Shown here one piece after another: positions 48,083 to 57,800 of a stretch of DNA of 64,000 nucleotides; position 1 is the stretch's first letter, and every line of letters starts with the position of its first letter. Both the position numbers and the translations under genes were made by a program. The notes beneath the pieces are model-generated. The model was not told where the DNA came from, did no database searches, and saw nothing but the letters and a program-made list of their open reading frames with translations. Origin of the DNA: Acidimicrobiia bacterium. Its GTDB lineage: Bacteria; Actinomycetota; Acidimicrobiia; Acidimicrobiales; Poriferisodalaceae. The DNA lies in the NCBI GenBank assembly GCA_022820925.1, contig JAJEEO010000012.1, positions 416,594 through 480,593 of the forward strand. The letters are read 5' to 3'.

Positions 48083-49764
48083 CGCGAGACTCCGGCGGTG
48101 CGCGATGTCAGGCTGCCTGCCGGAGACGTCCCGCTTGGCAGAGCCGCAGCAGACTGTGCCCCGGCGGCAGCATCGAGCAGTTCCCGCAGTGCGCTGCCGT
48201 TGGTCGGAACGATCTCGACGGGCCGGGGCAGCTCGGCGGGTGTCATGCCATCGAGGAACTTCCCTCCCGACAAGCACACATCGGGCACCAAGTAGCGATG
48301 CCCTGGCGGTGCCGATGCCAGCACGGCAGCGACATCGACGCCGGCAAGCAAGCCGGTCACCCCGATGTTGCCGCCGAAGAACTGGTTAGGCACCTCGATG
48401 ACTCGCGCCTCGGGCACGCTGGTGATGCTGCCGCCCTCGCGAGACGTCGCTTCGAACCGCCACCGCTTCACCAGCGGCGCCAGCACGGCAGCACCGTAGG
48501 TGCCCGTCAGGATCCCGATGGGACGGTTGGCCGGCTCACCGTCTGTCGGCCGGGAGGTTGTGGAAGGGCCTCGACGGGGTGATGTCCGCAGCGTCACGGA
48601 CACGGGCTTCGGCGTCGACCCGAGACTGAGCGGCAGCCCGTCGAGGTCGATCTCACCGCTGCGGTTCGCGCCATGGCCGGGAACTCGCACGGCCCGGTAG
48701 CCCTGCGCAGGCGCCCCGTCGACCCACGAGAAGAAACCCGCAGCCGGTGCACGCTGCCTGATGCCCCCATCGGATCCGCGGTCATCAACGCGCAGCCCGC
48801 TGTCGCAGCCGTCGTGCCCGCCGCGGCCCCCACTCGTCCCCTCAGCGGCCGCCCAGAATTCCTGGGAGAACGCCTGCGCCATGCCGATGCCATCCTCGTG
48901 CATCGGAAAGTCGCCGTATGTCTCGGCCGCGGGAAAGGGTCGGCCTGCGAGCAGGTAGTACTCGTCGGCGGCGAACACCAAGCGGCGACCGAGCACGTCC
49001 AGATAGTGCTGCTGCCATTGCTCGCACATGTCCACGACAGCCGCAGCTTCTGCGGCCGTGTGCGGGCGCATGGCCGGCTCCCGCTGGTGAGAGCTGACCC
49101 CGAGCGGCACCACCGCGAGCGTCGCCAGCGACGGGTAGCGGTCGAGCACGCCTGCCAGCGTGTCCGCCAGCACCTGCCCGTCGTTCACTCCCGGGCACAC
49201 CACCACCTGCCCGTGAACCTCGATGCCCCCATCGAGCAATGCGCTCAGCCATCGCAGGCTTGTCGCGCCGCGCGGGTTGCGGAGCATCCGGGCCCGCACC
49301 ACGGGATCGGTGGAGTGGATCGACACATACAGCGGTGACAAGCGCTCGTCCAGCACCCGCTCCAGGTCCAGCTCGGTGAAACGGGTGAGCGTGGTGAAGT
49401 TCCCGTACAGGAACGACAGCCGGTAGTCGTCGTCCTTGAGGTAGAGGCTCCGGCGCAGCCCCGGCGGCAGCTGGTAGATGAAGCAGAACTCGCAGTGGTT
49501 GTCGCAGGTCTGCACCCGGTCGAAGATCGCGGCATGCACCTCGGCGCCGAGCGGGACGCCGGCGTCCTTGGCAATCTCCATGACGATCTCGTGCCCGTCG
49601 CGCACCACCTCCAGCGTGGGATCGGCTTCATCGAGCAACAGCTGCCAGGCGATCACGTCGGTCGGGGTGACGCCGGAGATCGACAACACCTCGTCGCCGG
49701 GGGCCAGCCCGGCGATCTCGGCCGCCGAGCCGGGCTCCACCGCCACCACAACCGGCCGGGACAT
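48079..49764 (-). CDS. PDZ-domain plus radical-SAM-like protein (DUF512 family)
   Basis: The ATG at 49764 gives MSRPVVVAVEPGSAAEIAGLAPGDEVLSISG (PDZ-like). It also contains QTCDNHCEFCF (CxxxCxxC). The stop overlaps the der start (ATGA). The first 370 codons of track ORF 48079..50874 are antisense to ispH. Confidence 0.85.
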   Translation of the reverse strand: MSRPVVVAVEPGSAAEIAGLAPGDEVLSISGVTPTDVIAWQLLLDEADPTLEVVRDGHEIVMEIAKDAGVPLGAEVHAAIFDRVQTCDNHCEFCFIYQLPPGLRRSLYLKDDDYRLSFLYGNFTTLTRFTELDLERVLDERLSPLYVSIHSTDPVVRARMLRNPRGATSLRWLSALLDGGIEVHGQVVVCPGVNDGQVLADTLAGVLDRYPSLATLAVVPLGVSSHQREPAMRPHTAAEAAAVVDMCEQWQQHYLDVLGRRLVFAADEYYLLAGRPFPAAETYGDFPMHEDGIGMAQAFSQEFWAAAEGTSGGRGGHDGCDSGLRVDDRGSDGGIRQRAPAAGFFSWVDGAPAQGYRAVRVPGHGANRSGEIDLDGLPLSLGSTPKPVSVTLRTSPRRGPSTTSRPTDGEPANRPIGILTGTYGAAVLAPLVKRWRFEATSREGGSITSVPEARVIEVPNQFFGGNIGVTGLLAGVDVAAVLASAPPGHRYLVPDVCLSGGKFLDGMTPAELPRPVEIVPTNGSALRELLDAAAGAQSAAALPSGTSPAGSLTSRTAGVSR

Positions 49765-49809
49765 GACCTCAGGATAGGAACCTCTCACGGCGTCGGTAGC
49801 GTCACCGTC

Positions 49810-50853
49810 GTGGCTGTGGACCGGGTGCTGCTGGCAGCGCCTCGTGGCTTCTGCGCCGGCGTCGAGATGGCCATCAAGGCGCTGGCCTGGCTCGTTCGCT
49901 CGTTCCCGCCGCCGGTGTACTGCTACCACGAGATCGTCCACAACCGCCTCGTGGTGAATCGCTTCGAGCGGCTCGGCGTGGTGTTCGTCGACGACGTCGC
50001 CGAGGTGCCGGCGGGCCGGCCGCTCATGCTCTCCGCGCACGGTTCGGCGCCCGAGGTCGTCGCCGAGGCCCGCCGGCGCGGCGGCTACGTCGTGGACGCC
50101 GTCTGCCCGCTGGTCACCAAGGTGCACCACGAAGTCCGCGTGCGTGCGGGCAAGGGCTTCCGGGTGGTCTACGTGGGCCACGAGGGTCACGACGAAGCCG
50201 TCGGCACCATGGCGGTGGCGCCCGAGTCGATCTCGCTGGTGTCCGAACCCGCCGATGTGGCAGGCCTCGACGACTTCGACACGCCCGTCGCAGTGCTGGC
50301 GCAGACCACGCTGAGCCACCGCGACTGGTCCGATGTCGCAGCGGCGGCGAAGGGCCGCTTCGGCGACGTGTGGATGCCAGGTCGCTCGGATCTGTGCTTC
50401 GCCACCACGAACCGTCAAGGCGCGCTGGCGGAGATCGCCGCCGGCTGCGACGCCGTGGTCGTCATCGGCTCGGCGAACTCGTCGAACACCATGGCGTTGG
50501 CCAAGGTGGCCTCGGACTCTGGCTGCGGTCGTGTGCTGCGTGTGAACGCCGCCGCTGAGCTGCCCGACGACCTGTCCGGCACCGTGGGCGTCACTGCGGG
50601 GGCATCCGCGCCGGAGGAGCTCGTGGAAGCAGTGATCGCACGCCTGGCGCCTGCCGGGGGGACCACCGAGGTAACGATCACCGACGAGGACGAGTACTTC
50701 CCCCCGCCTCGCGAACTGCGCGACCTGCTCGACGCCATGGAGACCGCTGTCCATGCCAGCCTTGCCGTGCCCGCAGCCGCACGAGTCCGCGCGACGGATC
50801 GATCCACCGCCGCGAGCGACGTGCTGGCCACACTGGCGGCCACCACAGCCTGA
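49810..50853 (+). CDS. ispH: 4-hydroxy-3-methylbut-2-enyl diphosphate reductase
   Basis: Contains RVLLAAPRGFCAGVEMAI, SAHGSAPEV, VDAVCPLVTKVH, CFATTNRQ and SANSSNT. The start is ambiguous among the in-frame GTGs at 49810, 49816 and 49825. The upstream part of the track ORF is antisense to the DUF512 gene. Confidence 0.9.
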   Translation: MAVDRVLLAAPRGFCAGVEMAIKALAWLVRSFPPPVYCYHEIVHNRLVVNRFERLGVVFVDDVAEVPAGRPLMLSAHGSAPEVVAEARRRGGYVVDAVCPLVTKVHHEVRVRAGKGFRVVYVGHEGHDEAVGTMAVAPESISLVSEPADVAGLDDFDTPVAVLAQTTLSHRDWSDVAAAAKGRFGDVWMPGRSDLCFATTNRQGALAEIAAGCDAVVVIGSANSSNTMALAKVASDSGCGRVLRVNAAAELPDDLSGTVGVTAGASAPEELVEAVIARLAPAGGTTEVTITDEDEYFPPPRELRDLLDAMETAVHASLAVPAAARVRATDRSTAASDVLATLAATTA

Positions 50854-50861
50854 CCAGCACA

Positions 50862-50882
50862 GTCTGACCATCACAGTCAGAC
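50862..50882. terminator. candidate bidirectional terminator hairpin between convergent ispH and plsC
   Basis: GTCTGAC (50862-50868) and GTCAGAC (50876-50882) are perfect reverse complements around loop CATCACA. There is no clear U-tract. Confidence 0.35.
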
Positions 50883-50904
50883 GGGGTATCTCGGCCCGGC
50901 GGGC

Positions 50905-51600
50905 TCAGTGGACGTTGGGGGTGCCGACGTCGGCTTGGGCTTGGTCGTAGAGGGCCTGGATGCGCTCGCGCAGCTCTTCGGTGAGCTCGCGTATCGCTCG
51001 CCGTGATGCCCGGCCGCTCGGTCCCAGCGGCGGCGGGTCCATCGGCTCGCCGATGATGAACTTGATGCGCCGGGGGTACATGAACTTGGCGCCTCGCGGC
51101 ATGGCTGCGGCAGTTCCGCCGATGCCGACGGGCACGATCGGGACCTGCGCCCGCGCCGCCAGGTACACCGGTCCGTCCATGAGCGGCAGCACCCGCGGGC
51201 CGTCCTTGCGCTCGCCCTCTCCGAACATCACGACCGGTCCGTCGCCGTAGGTCAGCGCGTCCAGCGCAGTACGCAGCGCCGCTCGATCGGGTGCGTCGCG
51301 GTTCACCGGGAAACAGCCGATCGTCGTGAACAGCCAGCCCGGAAACCGGTACTTCCACATCGAGTCCTTGCCCATCACGCGCATCCGCGCAGGAATCGCG
51401 GCGTGGATCGGCGTGTCGATGTAGCTGCGATGGTTGGGCACCCACACGCACGGGCCGTCGGGCAGGTTCGCCAGCCCATCGACCGAGATGCGGTTCCACG
51501 CCCGGAAGACGCCCCAGATCGCGTATTTCATGATCCGGTAGACCGCCATGTTGAGCGGTCTGTCGCGCAAATCGGTCTCGGGCCCGTCCGCTCCGCTCAT
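50905..51600 (-). CDS. plsC: 1-acyl-sn-glycerol-3-phosphate acyltransferase (LPLAT family)
   Basis: Contains VPNHRSYIDTP (HX4D) and FGEGERKDG. The ATG overlaps the upstream stop by 4 nt. Confidence 0.88.
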   Translation of the reverse strand: MSGADGPETDLRDRPLNMAVYRIMKYAIWGVFRAWNRISVDGLANLPDGPCVWVPNHRSYIDTPIHAAIPARMRVMGKDSMWKYRFPGWLFTTIGCFPVNRDAPDRAALRTALDALTYGDGPVVMFGEGERKDGPRVLPLMDGPVYLAARAQVPIVPVGIGGTAAAMPRGAKFMYPRRIKFIIGEPMDPPPLGPSGRASRRAIRELTEELRERIQALYDQAQADVGTPNVH

Positions 51601-53684
51601 CGGCCTTGGACCATGCTGGGGCGGATCGGTCCGATGAGGCCGGCTGCACGGCGGTACAGCGCCGCAATCGTCTCGACCGCCTCATCCTGGGACAGCTCGC
51701 TCGTGTCGACGATGACCGCTCGAGACGCCACACGCAGCGGCGAGTCGGCCCGCCCCGAATCGAGCCGGTCCCGCTCGGTCAGCTCCGCAGCGAGCGCTGC
51801 GACGGCCCCGTCGTCGTGGCCCGCATTGCCGGCACCGCCCATCGAGTCAGCCTGCTGGGCGAGGCGGCGGCGGGCCCGTTCGGCAGGAGCCGCGGTGAGG
51901 AACACCTTCACCACGGCGTCGGGGAACACCACGCTGCCGATGTCGCGGCCCTCCATCACTCCCCCGCCCACGCGGATCGCCCAGTCGCGCTGGCGCCGGG
52001 TCAGCACCCACCGCACCTGCGGGTTGGCCGCCACCACGCTGACGCTGCGATCCACCTCTGCACCGCGGATCGCCGCCGTGGCATCGGCTCCGTCGACGGT
52101 CACGCGCTGAGCGTCGCCCACGCTGGAAATCTCGATCTCCGCGTTGCGTGCAATGCTCGCTACCGCCGCGAGATCGTCGAGATCGACTCCCGCCCCCAAG
52201 GCCGCCCAGGCCACCGCCCGGTACATCGCGCCGGTGTCGAGATAGTCCATGCCCAGCTCGCCGGCAACTGCTCGAGCCACGCTGGACTTGCCCGAGGCAG
52301 CGGGGCCGTCGATCGCGATCACCTGCACCTGCGGCTCGGCGATCGGCTCGGGCGAGCCCCGGAGCGCCTCGATCACATCGAAGAAGTCGGGGAACGTCTT
52401 GGCGACGCAATCGGGATCGTCGATGTCGATCCCGGCCACGCGCAGACCCATCAGCGACATTGCCATCGCCATGCGATGGTCGCCGTGGCAGTCCACCAAG
52501 CCCGCCCGGAGCGCGAATGGGTTGGCGCGGACGGTGATGCCGTCGACTTCGGCCACCGTGTCGACGCCGCGTTTGGCCAGCTCAGCCGCCGTGTTGGCGA
52601 TGCGGTCGGTCTCCTTGCGACGGATGAACCCGATGCCGCCGATAGAGGTCGTGCCCTCGGCGAACGCAGCCACCGCCGCCAGCGTCTGCGCCGTGTCGGA
52701 GAAGTCGCGCAAGTCGAACGAGCCAGCTTGCAGTGCACCGCTCGGCGGCGCACCGACAGTGATCGCTTCGTCGCTGACGGTGACATCGGCTCCCATCTCG
52801 CCGAGCACCTCGGCGAAGCGCACGTCGCCTTGGATGCTGCGGCTGCCGAGGCCTTCGACCCGCACCTTGCCGCCGCACAGCGCCGCCGCTGCAAAGACGT
52901 AGCTTGCAGCAGAGGCGTCCGGCTCGATCGGGTAGTTCGCGGCGCGGTAGCGGCCCTCGGTCACCACGAAGCGATCTTCGCTGGGTACGACGATGTTGGC
53001 GCCGAAGGCCTTCATGACCTCCACGGTCATGTCGATGTACGGCCGGCTCACGGTGTCGAACGCGGGGTCGATCTCGACGTGGATGCCGTCACGCAGCGGC
53101 CCAGCGAGCAGCAGTCCGGTGGCGAACTGGCTGGAGGTGTCGGCGCGGATCCGCACATGGCGCAGCATTGCTGGCTCGCCGGTGCCGGAAGAGGTGATTT
53201 CGATCGGCAGGCAGCCGTGCTCGCCGAGCTCGCGCACCTTGACGCCCAGCGAGCGCTGCGCCGCGAGCAGGTCGTCCTGCGGGCGTGCGCGCAGCTGGGG
53301 GTCTCCGTCGAGCAGCCAGCGGCCGCCGAGCGCGGCGACGACGGGCAGCACGAATCGGGCAGTGGTACCCGACGAACGCGCGTGCACGACGATGGGTTCG
53401 CCCGCGGATTGCGGGCGCGAGATGCGCCGGCCGCCGATGCCGTCGATAATGAGCCGGCGCTTCCCGCGATTGATCCGCACTACCGCGCCGATGGCGGTGA
53501 CCGCCTCGATCATGGCCTCGGTGTCGTCCGCGAACAGGACACCATCGAGCGTGCTGCGCCCCTCTGCGAGGGCTGCACACAGCACCGCCCTGTTCGTAAT
53601 GCTCTTGGAGCCCGGCAGGACCACAGTGCCCGTGGCGCCGTTGGTGAAAGGGTCGATGACCCCGATCACCCGGCCGTCGCTCAT
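51597..53684 (-). CDS. bifunctional 3-phosphoshikimate 1-carboxyvinyltransferase / cytidylate kinase fusion
   Basis: A single uninterrupted 695-aa ORF. The N-terminal about 440 aa are AroA (LPGSKSITNRAVLCAALAEG...CHGDHRMAMAM). Then VIAIDGPAASGKSSVARAVAGELGMDYLDTGAMYRA is a typical Cmk N-terminus. The junction lies near 52330-52370. Confidence 0.9.
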   Translation of the reverse strand: MSDGRVIGVIDPFTNGATGTVVLPGSKSITNRAVLCAALAEGRSTLDGVLFADDTEAMIEAVTAIGAVVRINRGKRRLIIDGIGGRRISRPQSAGEPIVVHARSSGTTARFVLPVVAALGGRWLLDGDPQLRARPQDDLLAAQRSLGVKVRELGEHGCLPIEITSSGTGEPAMLRHVRIRADTSSQFATGLLLAGPLRDGIHVEIDPAFDTVSRPYIDMTVEVMKAFGANIVVPSEDRFVVTEGRYRAANYPIEPDASAASYVFAAAALCGGKVRVEGLGSRSIQGDVRFAEVLGEMGADVTVSDEAITVGAPPSGALQAGSFDLRDFSDTAQTLAAVAAFAEGTTSIGGIGFIRRKETDRIANTAAELAKRGVDTVAEVDGITVRANPFALRAGLVDCHGDHRMAMAMSLMGLRVAGIDIDDPDCVAKTFPDFFDVIEALRGSPEPIAEPQVQVIAIDGPAASGKSSVARAVAGELGMDYLDTGAMYRAVAWAALGAGVDLDDLAAVASIARNAEIEISSVGDAQRVTVDGADATAAIRGAEVDRSVSVVAANPQVRWVLTRRQRDWAIRVGGGVMEGRDIGSVVFPDAVVKVFLTAAPAERARRRLAQQADSMGGAGNAGHDDGAVAALAAELTERDRLDSGRADSPLRVASRAVIVDTSELSQDEAVETIAALYRRAAGLIGPIRPSMVQGR

Positions 53685-54799
53685 GCCAGATCGCGCGTCG
53701 TGGGGTGGTATCCCTGCCCGGCGAGAGCTGCGAGGAAGCGCTGTGCTTCGGTGCGCGCTACGACAAGCACCAGCACGCCCTCAGCGCCCTCGGGCGAATG
53801 GGCGACTTCGATATCGGCCACGTTCACGTCGCAGTCGGCGGCGAGCATGGTGATCGCGGCGATCTGGCCCTTGCGGTCGGGGATCGGCACCCGCACCTCG
53901 AGGAGTTCCTGGGGCCGCACGTAGCGAGACGGCAGGTTGGTGCGTGCCCGGCGGGCCTGGGTGAGCACGGAGCGCAGCCCCTCGCGGTCGCCGTCCGCCA
54001 CCACCTCGCGCACCTGGTCCAGTCGACCGGACAGCTCGTCGAGCACGGTCACGATGGCATCGCGATTCTCGCCGCAGATGTCCAGCCAGATGCCCGGATG
54101 TCCTGCCGCGATCCGCGTCATGTCACGGAAGCCGCCGGCCGCCAGGCGCAGCAGCGGTGCGTCGTCGAGGGCTCGATCATCGGCGAGGCACATCAGCGAG
54201 GCAGCGGCCAGGTGCGGCACGTGGCTCACGACGGCCACCAGCGCGTCGTGGCGTCCCGGCGTCATCGTCACGACATCGGAGCCGATGCCGGACAGCACTG
54301 CCTGGCACGCGCGCAAGGCCTCATCATCGGTGGCATCGGTCGGTGTCAGCGTCCACACCGCGCCGGCGAACATGTGGGGGTTCGCTCCCTCGACGCCTTC
54401 CTGTTCGGAACCGGCCATCGGATGGCCCGGCACGAACCGTGGATCGGTGATGTCCCGAGCCACCGGGGTCTTCACGCTGCCCGTGTCGGTCACGACAGCA
54501 CCCGCCGCCTCAGAGTCGGCGAGCGCAAGCGCGACTTCATCCGCGAGGTAGGCAGCGGGCACGGCGACCACCCAGAACGTGGCATCGGCATCGGTGCCGA
54601 TGGCATCGAGACAGCCGAGCTGGAGCGCCCGTTGGGCGTGAGCGTCGATGGCGTCGCGTCCGGTGACGTGCCAGCCCGATTTGCGCAACGCCGCAGCGAC
54701 CGACCCGCCGATCAAGCCGGTGCCGACCACCTGGGCGCGCGGCGCTTGGCCGGCGTCGAACGGGGGCGCCCCAGAAGCCGTGCGGGGTTCGGTGGCCAC
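53681..54799 (-). CDS. tyrA: prephenate dehydrogenase with C-terminal ACT-like domain
   Basis: Contains VVGTGLIGGSVAAAL (Rossmann) and FVPGHPMAGSE. The GTG at 54799 is chosen as the start; the upstream extension of the track ORF is implausible. The stop overlaps the aroA-cmk start (ATGA). Confidence 0.82.
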   Translation of the reverse strand: MATEPRTASGAPPFDAGQAPRAQVVGTGLIGGSVAAALRKSGWHVTGRDAIDAHAQRALQLGCLDAIGTDADATFWVVAVPAAYLADEVALALADSEAAGAVVTDTGSVKTPVARDITDPRFVPGHPMAGSEQEGVEGANPHMFAGAVWTLTPTDATDDEALRACQAVLSGIGSDVVTMTPGRHDALVAVVSHVPHLAAASLMCLADDRALDDAPLLRLAAGGFRDMTRIAAGHPGIWLDICGENRDAIVTVLDELSGRLDQVREVVADGDREGLRSVLTQARRARTNLPSRYVRPQELLEVRVPIPDRKGQIAAITMLAADCDVNVADIEVAHSPEGAEGVLVLVVARTEAQRFLAALAGQGYHPTTRDLA

Positions 54800-54878
54800 G
54801 TACCGAAGGGTACCGATGGCTCCTGATCGTCCCCGGTGCGGTCTCGCAGCGCTATCGCCGCACTGATGCGAGCAAAGC

Positions 54879-57800
54879 TCAATCAGCAGGCCCGAGCTCG
54901 GAGACTCGCTCGTCGAGCTCGGCGCGGAACGTCTCGGTCGTGGCCATCTTGATCTCCTCGTAGCCCCGCACCAGCTCGGGCAGGCGGGCGATGGCGATCG
55001 CCTGCTCGTAGCGGGCGGCACCGGCATCGCGTTCGAGTGCCGTCACCGCCGCGTCGATTCCGGCGCGGTACTCCCCGATGAGCGCCCGCTCGGTCCGGCG
55101 CACCTCGGTACGGGCGAAGGGATCGAGCCAGCGGCCCCGAAGGCGCTTGCCACGTGCCAGCAGCGCGAAGAGCGGACGCCACGCCATGCCGAACTGCATC
55201 TTGCTGCTGCGTCCCATGGCCCGCAGCAGCGGCGGGTGCAGCTTCCACGACACCACTCCGCCGGTCGATGCCGCAAGCTCGCGCGCAGCAACATGAGTGC
55301 TCGGATCTGCCATGAGGCGCGCAACCTCGTACTCGTCCTTGTACGCCATGAGCTTGTACAGGCCCGCGGCGAATGCCGCCGTCAGCCGGGCCGAGCCGTC
55401 GCCCGCAGCGCGGTCGGCTTGGGCGACGCGTTCGACTGCGTCGAGGAAGTCCGCTGCCAGGCGCTCGGACTGGTAGGCGCACAGCTCGGCCGCGTAGATG
55501 CGCAGACCGGCTCCCAGTTCGGCAGCGCCGCCGTCGGGACTCCCCTCACCCAGCGCATCGACGAGCTCGTCGATGCGGGCTCCGAGCCGCTCCGGCACGG
55601 TCGCAGCGCCGATTCCGGCGTCCGGTGCCGGAGCATCGAGGTCTGCGGCCGGCACCGCCGCCGCGGCGTCGGTCACGGCCTGCGGATCGGCGATCATCGC
55701 CCGGCCCCAGCGGAACGCCGCGAGGTTCTGGCTGACCGCGACGCCGTTGAGCTCGATCGCCGCCTCCACGCTCGCCGGCGCGATCGGCAGGCCGCCCGCC
55801 TGGGTGGCCATGCCCACGACGAACACGTTCGCGGTGACCGCCGAGCCGCACAGCGCGGTCACCAGCTCACCGACATCAGCCCAGTGGCGCCGTCCCTCGA
55901 CGGTAACGGCCGCCACCCGTTCGAGCAATGCGTCTGTCGAGGGCATGTCGATGCTCGGATCGGCGACCATCGCGCCAGTCGGCGTGGGAGTCGTCGAGCC
56001 GACCACCATCGTGCGGCTGGGATCGGCGACGTCGAGTCCCGCCTCCGACGCTGCCACCAGCAGGTCGAATGCCAGGATCACGTCGGCTTGGCCCGTGCCG
56101 AGGCGTGCCGTGGCCGGACCGCCGAAACGCCGCAGCCGCAGATCTCCCACCACTGTGCCGGCTTTCTGCGAAAGGCCGATCTGATCGAGTCCGCGCACCT
56201 CGAATCCGTCGAACATCCCAGCGGTGCCCAGCACCTGGTTCACGGTCACGACGCCGGTGCCGCCGATGCCGCACATGCGCAACGACACCTCGTCGGAGTC
56301 AGTGAGCGGGATCGGATCGGGCAGGCCTGTTGGCGGCTCGGGACGCTCGACGCCCCCGCTGCCGGCCGGACGGCTCCGTCGCAGCGGTGCGAGCATCTCC
56401 CGCACGGCACTTCGCAGCGGGCCGGGCTCCGACACGGTCATGAACGACGGGCAGTCGCCGTCGAGGCACGAGTAGTCCAGATTGCAGGATGTCTGGTCGA
56501 TCTGGGTCTTGCGGCCGAAGAAGGTGTCGGTCGGTTGCACGGACAGGCAGTTGCTCTTGCGGCCGCAGTCGCCGCAGCCCTCGCAGATCCGCTCGTTGAT
56601 CAGCACTCGCGTCTTCGGCGCCGGCTGGGTGCCGCGCTTGCGATCCCTGCGGGCCTCGGCCGCGCACTGCTGGTCGTGGATCAGCACGGTGACGCCCTCG
56701 ATGGCGGCAAGGAACTCTTGGGCCTCCAGCAGGCGATCGCGATGCCAGACCTCGACGCCCGACGGCAGTGCGCGGCTGCGATAGGCCGCCGGATCGGCGG
56801 TGGTGATCAGCACCTTGGCAGCGCCTCCCGCCAGCAGGCCCCCAGCGACATCGGGCACTTCGAGCTGGCCCGCCGGATCCTGCCCGCCGGTCATGGCGAC
56901 TGCCCGGTTCCACAGGAGCTTGTAGGTGATGTTCACCCCGGAGGCCACGGCGCCGGCGATCGCGAGCTGGCCGCTGTGGAAGTACGTGCCGTCTCCCAGG
57001 TTCTGAAAGATGTGCTGGGTCTCGACGAAGGGCGACATACCGATCCACTGCGTGCCTTCCTGGCCCATGCAGGTGACGCTCACGATGTCACCAACGCGCT
57101 GCGGATCCATGAACAGCGCCATCGTGTGGCAGCCGATGCCCGCACCCACCACCGCCCCGTCGGGCACCTCGGTGGAGCGATTGTGAGGGCATCCCGAGCA
57201 GAAATAGGGCGACCGGCGCTGCTGGGGCGTCAACACCAGCGGGAGCTCGATGCGCACGCGTTCGGGTGCCGGGGCAGCCAGACGGTCGCCGATGCGGGAC
57301 TCCAGGCGGGTGCGAAGCGGCGCCATCAGGTCGTCGGCTGTCAGGGCGCCGAAGGACCGAAGGAGCGCTCGGTCACTCTCGTCGGTCTTGCCGACGATGC
57401 GGGGACGGTGCGACTGATTGTAGAGAGCGTCCTTGAGCAGCGATTCGATGTTGGGGCTCTTCTCCTCGATCACGAACAGCTCGGTGACGCCGCGTGCGAA
57501 GTGTCGCGCCCGTTCTGCGCTGAACGGGATGGGCATGCCCATCCGCACCAGCCGGATGCCGGCATCTCTCACGTCATCGTCGGCATCGAGGCCCAGGCGC
57601 TTCAGCGCCTCGCGCACCTCCCGGTAGGTGATCCCCGAAGCGACGATGGCAATCCAGGCGTCGGGAGGATCGACGGTGGCGTCATTGAGCCGGTTGGCGG
57701 CGGCGTACGCGATCGCCAGCTCGTAGCGGACCTCGACGATCTCCTGCTCGATGTCGACCGTGTGCGGTGTCAGCAGGTACCCGTCGGGGGCATGGCGGTA

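Noticed and set aside
49765-50874. N-terminal 370 codons of the 931-aa track ORF 48079..50874 (-)
   Set aside because: This part is antisense to ispH and compositionally junk. The DUF512 protein begins at the ATG at 49764 with a PDZ-like N-terminus.
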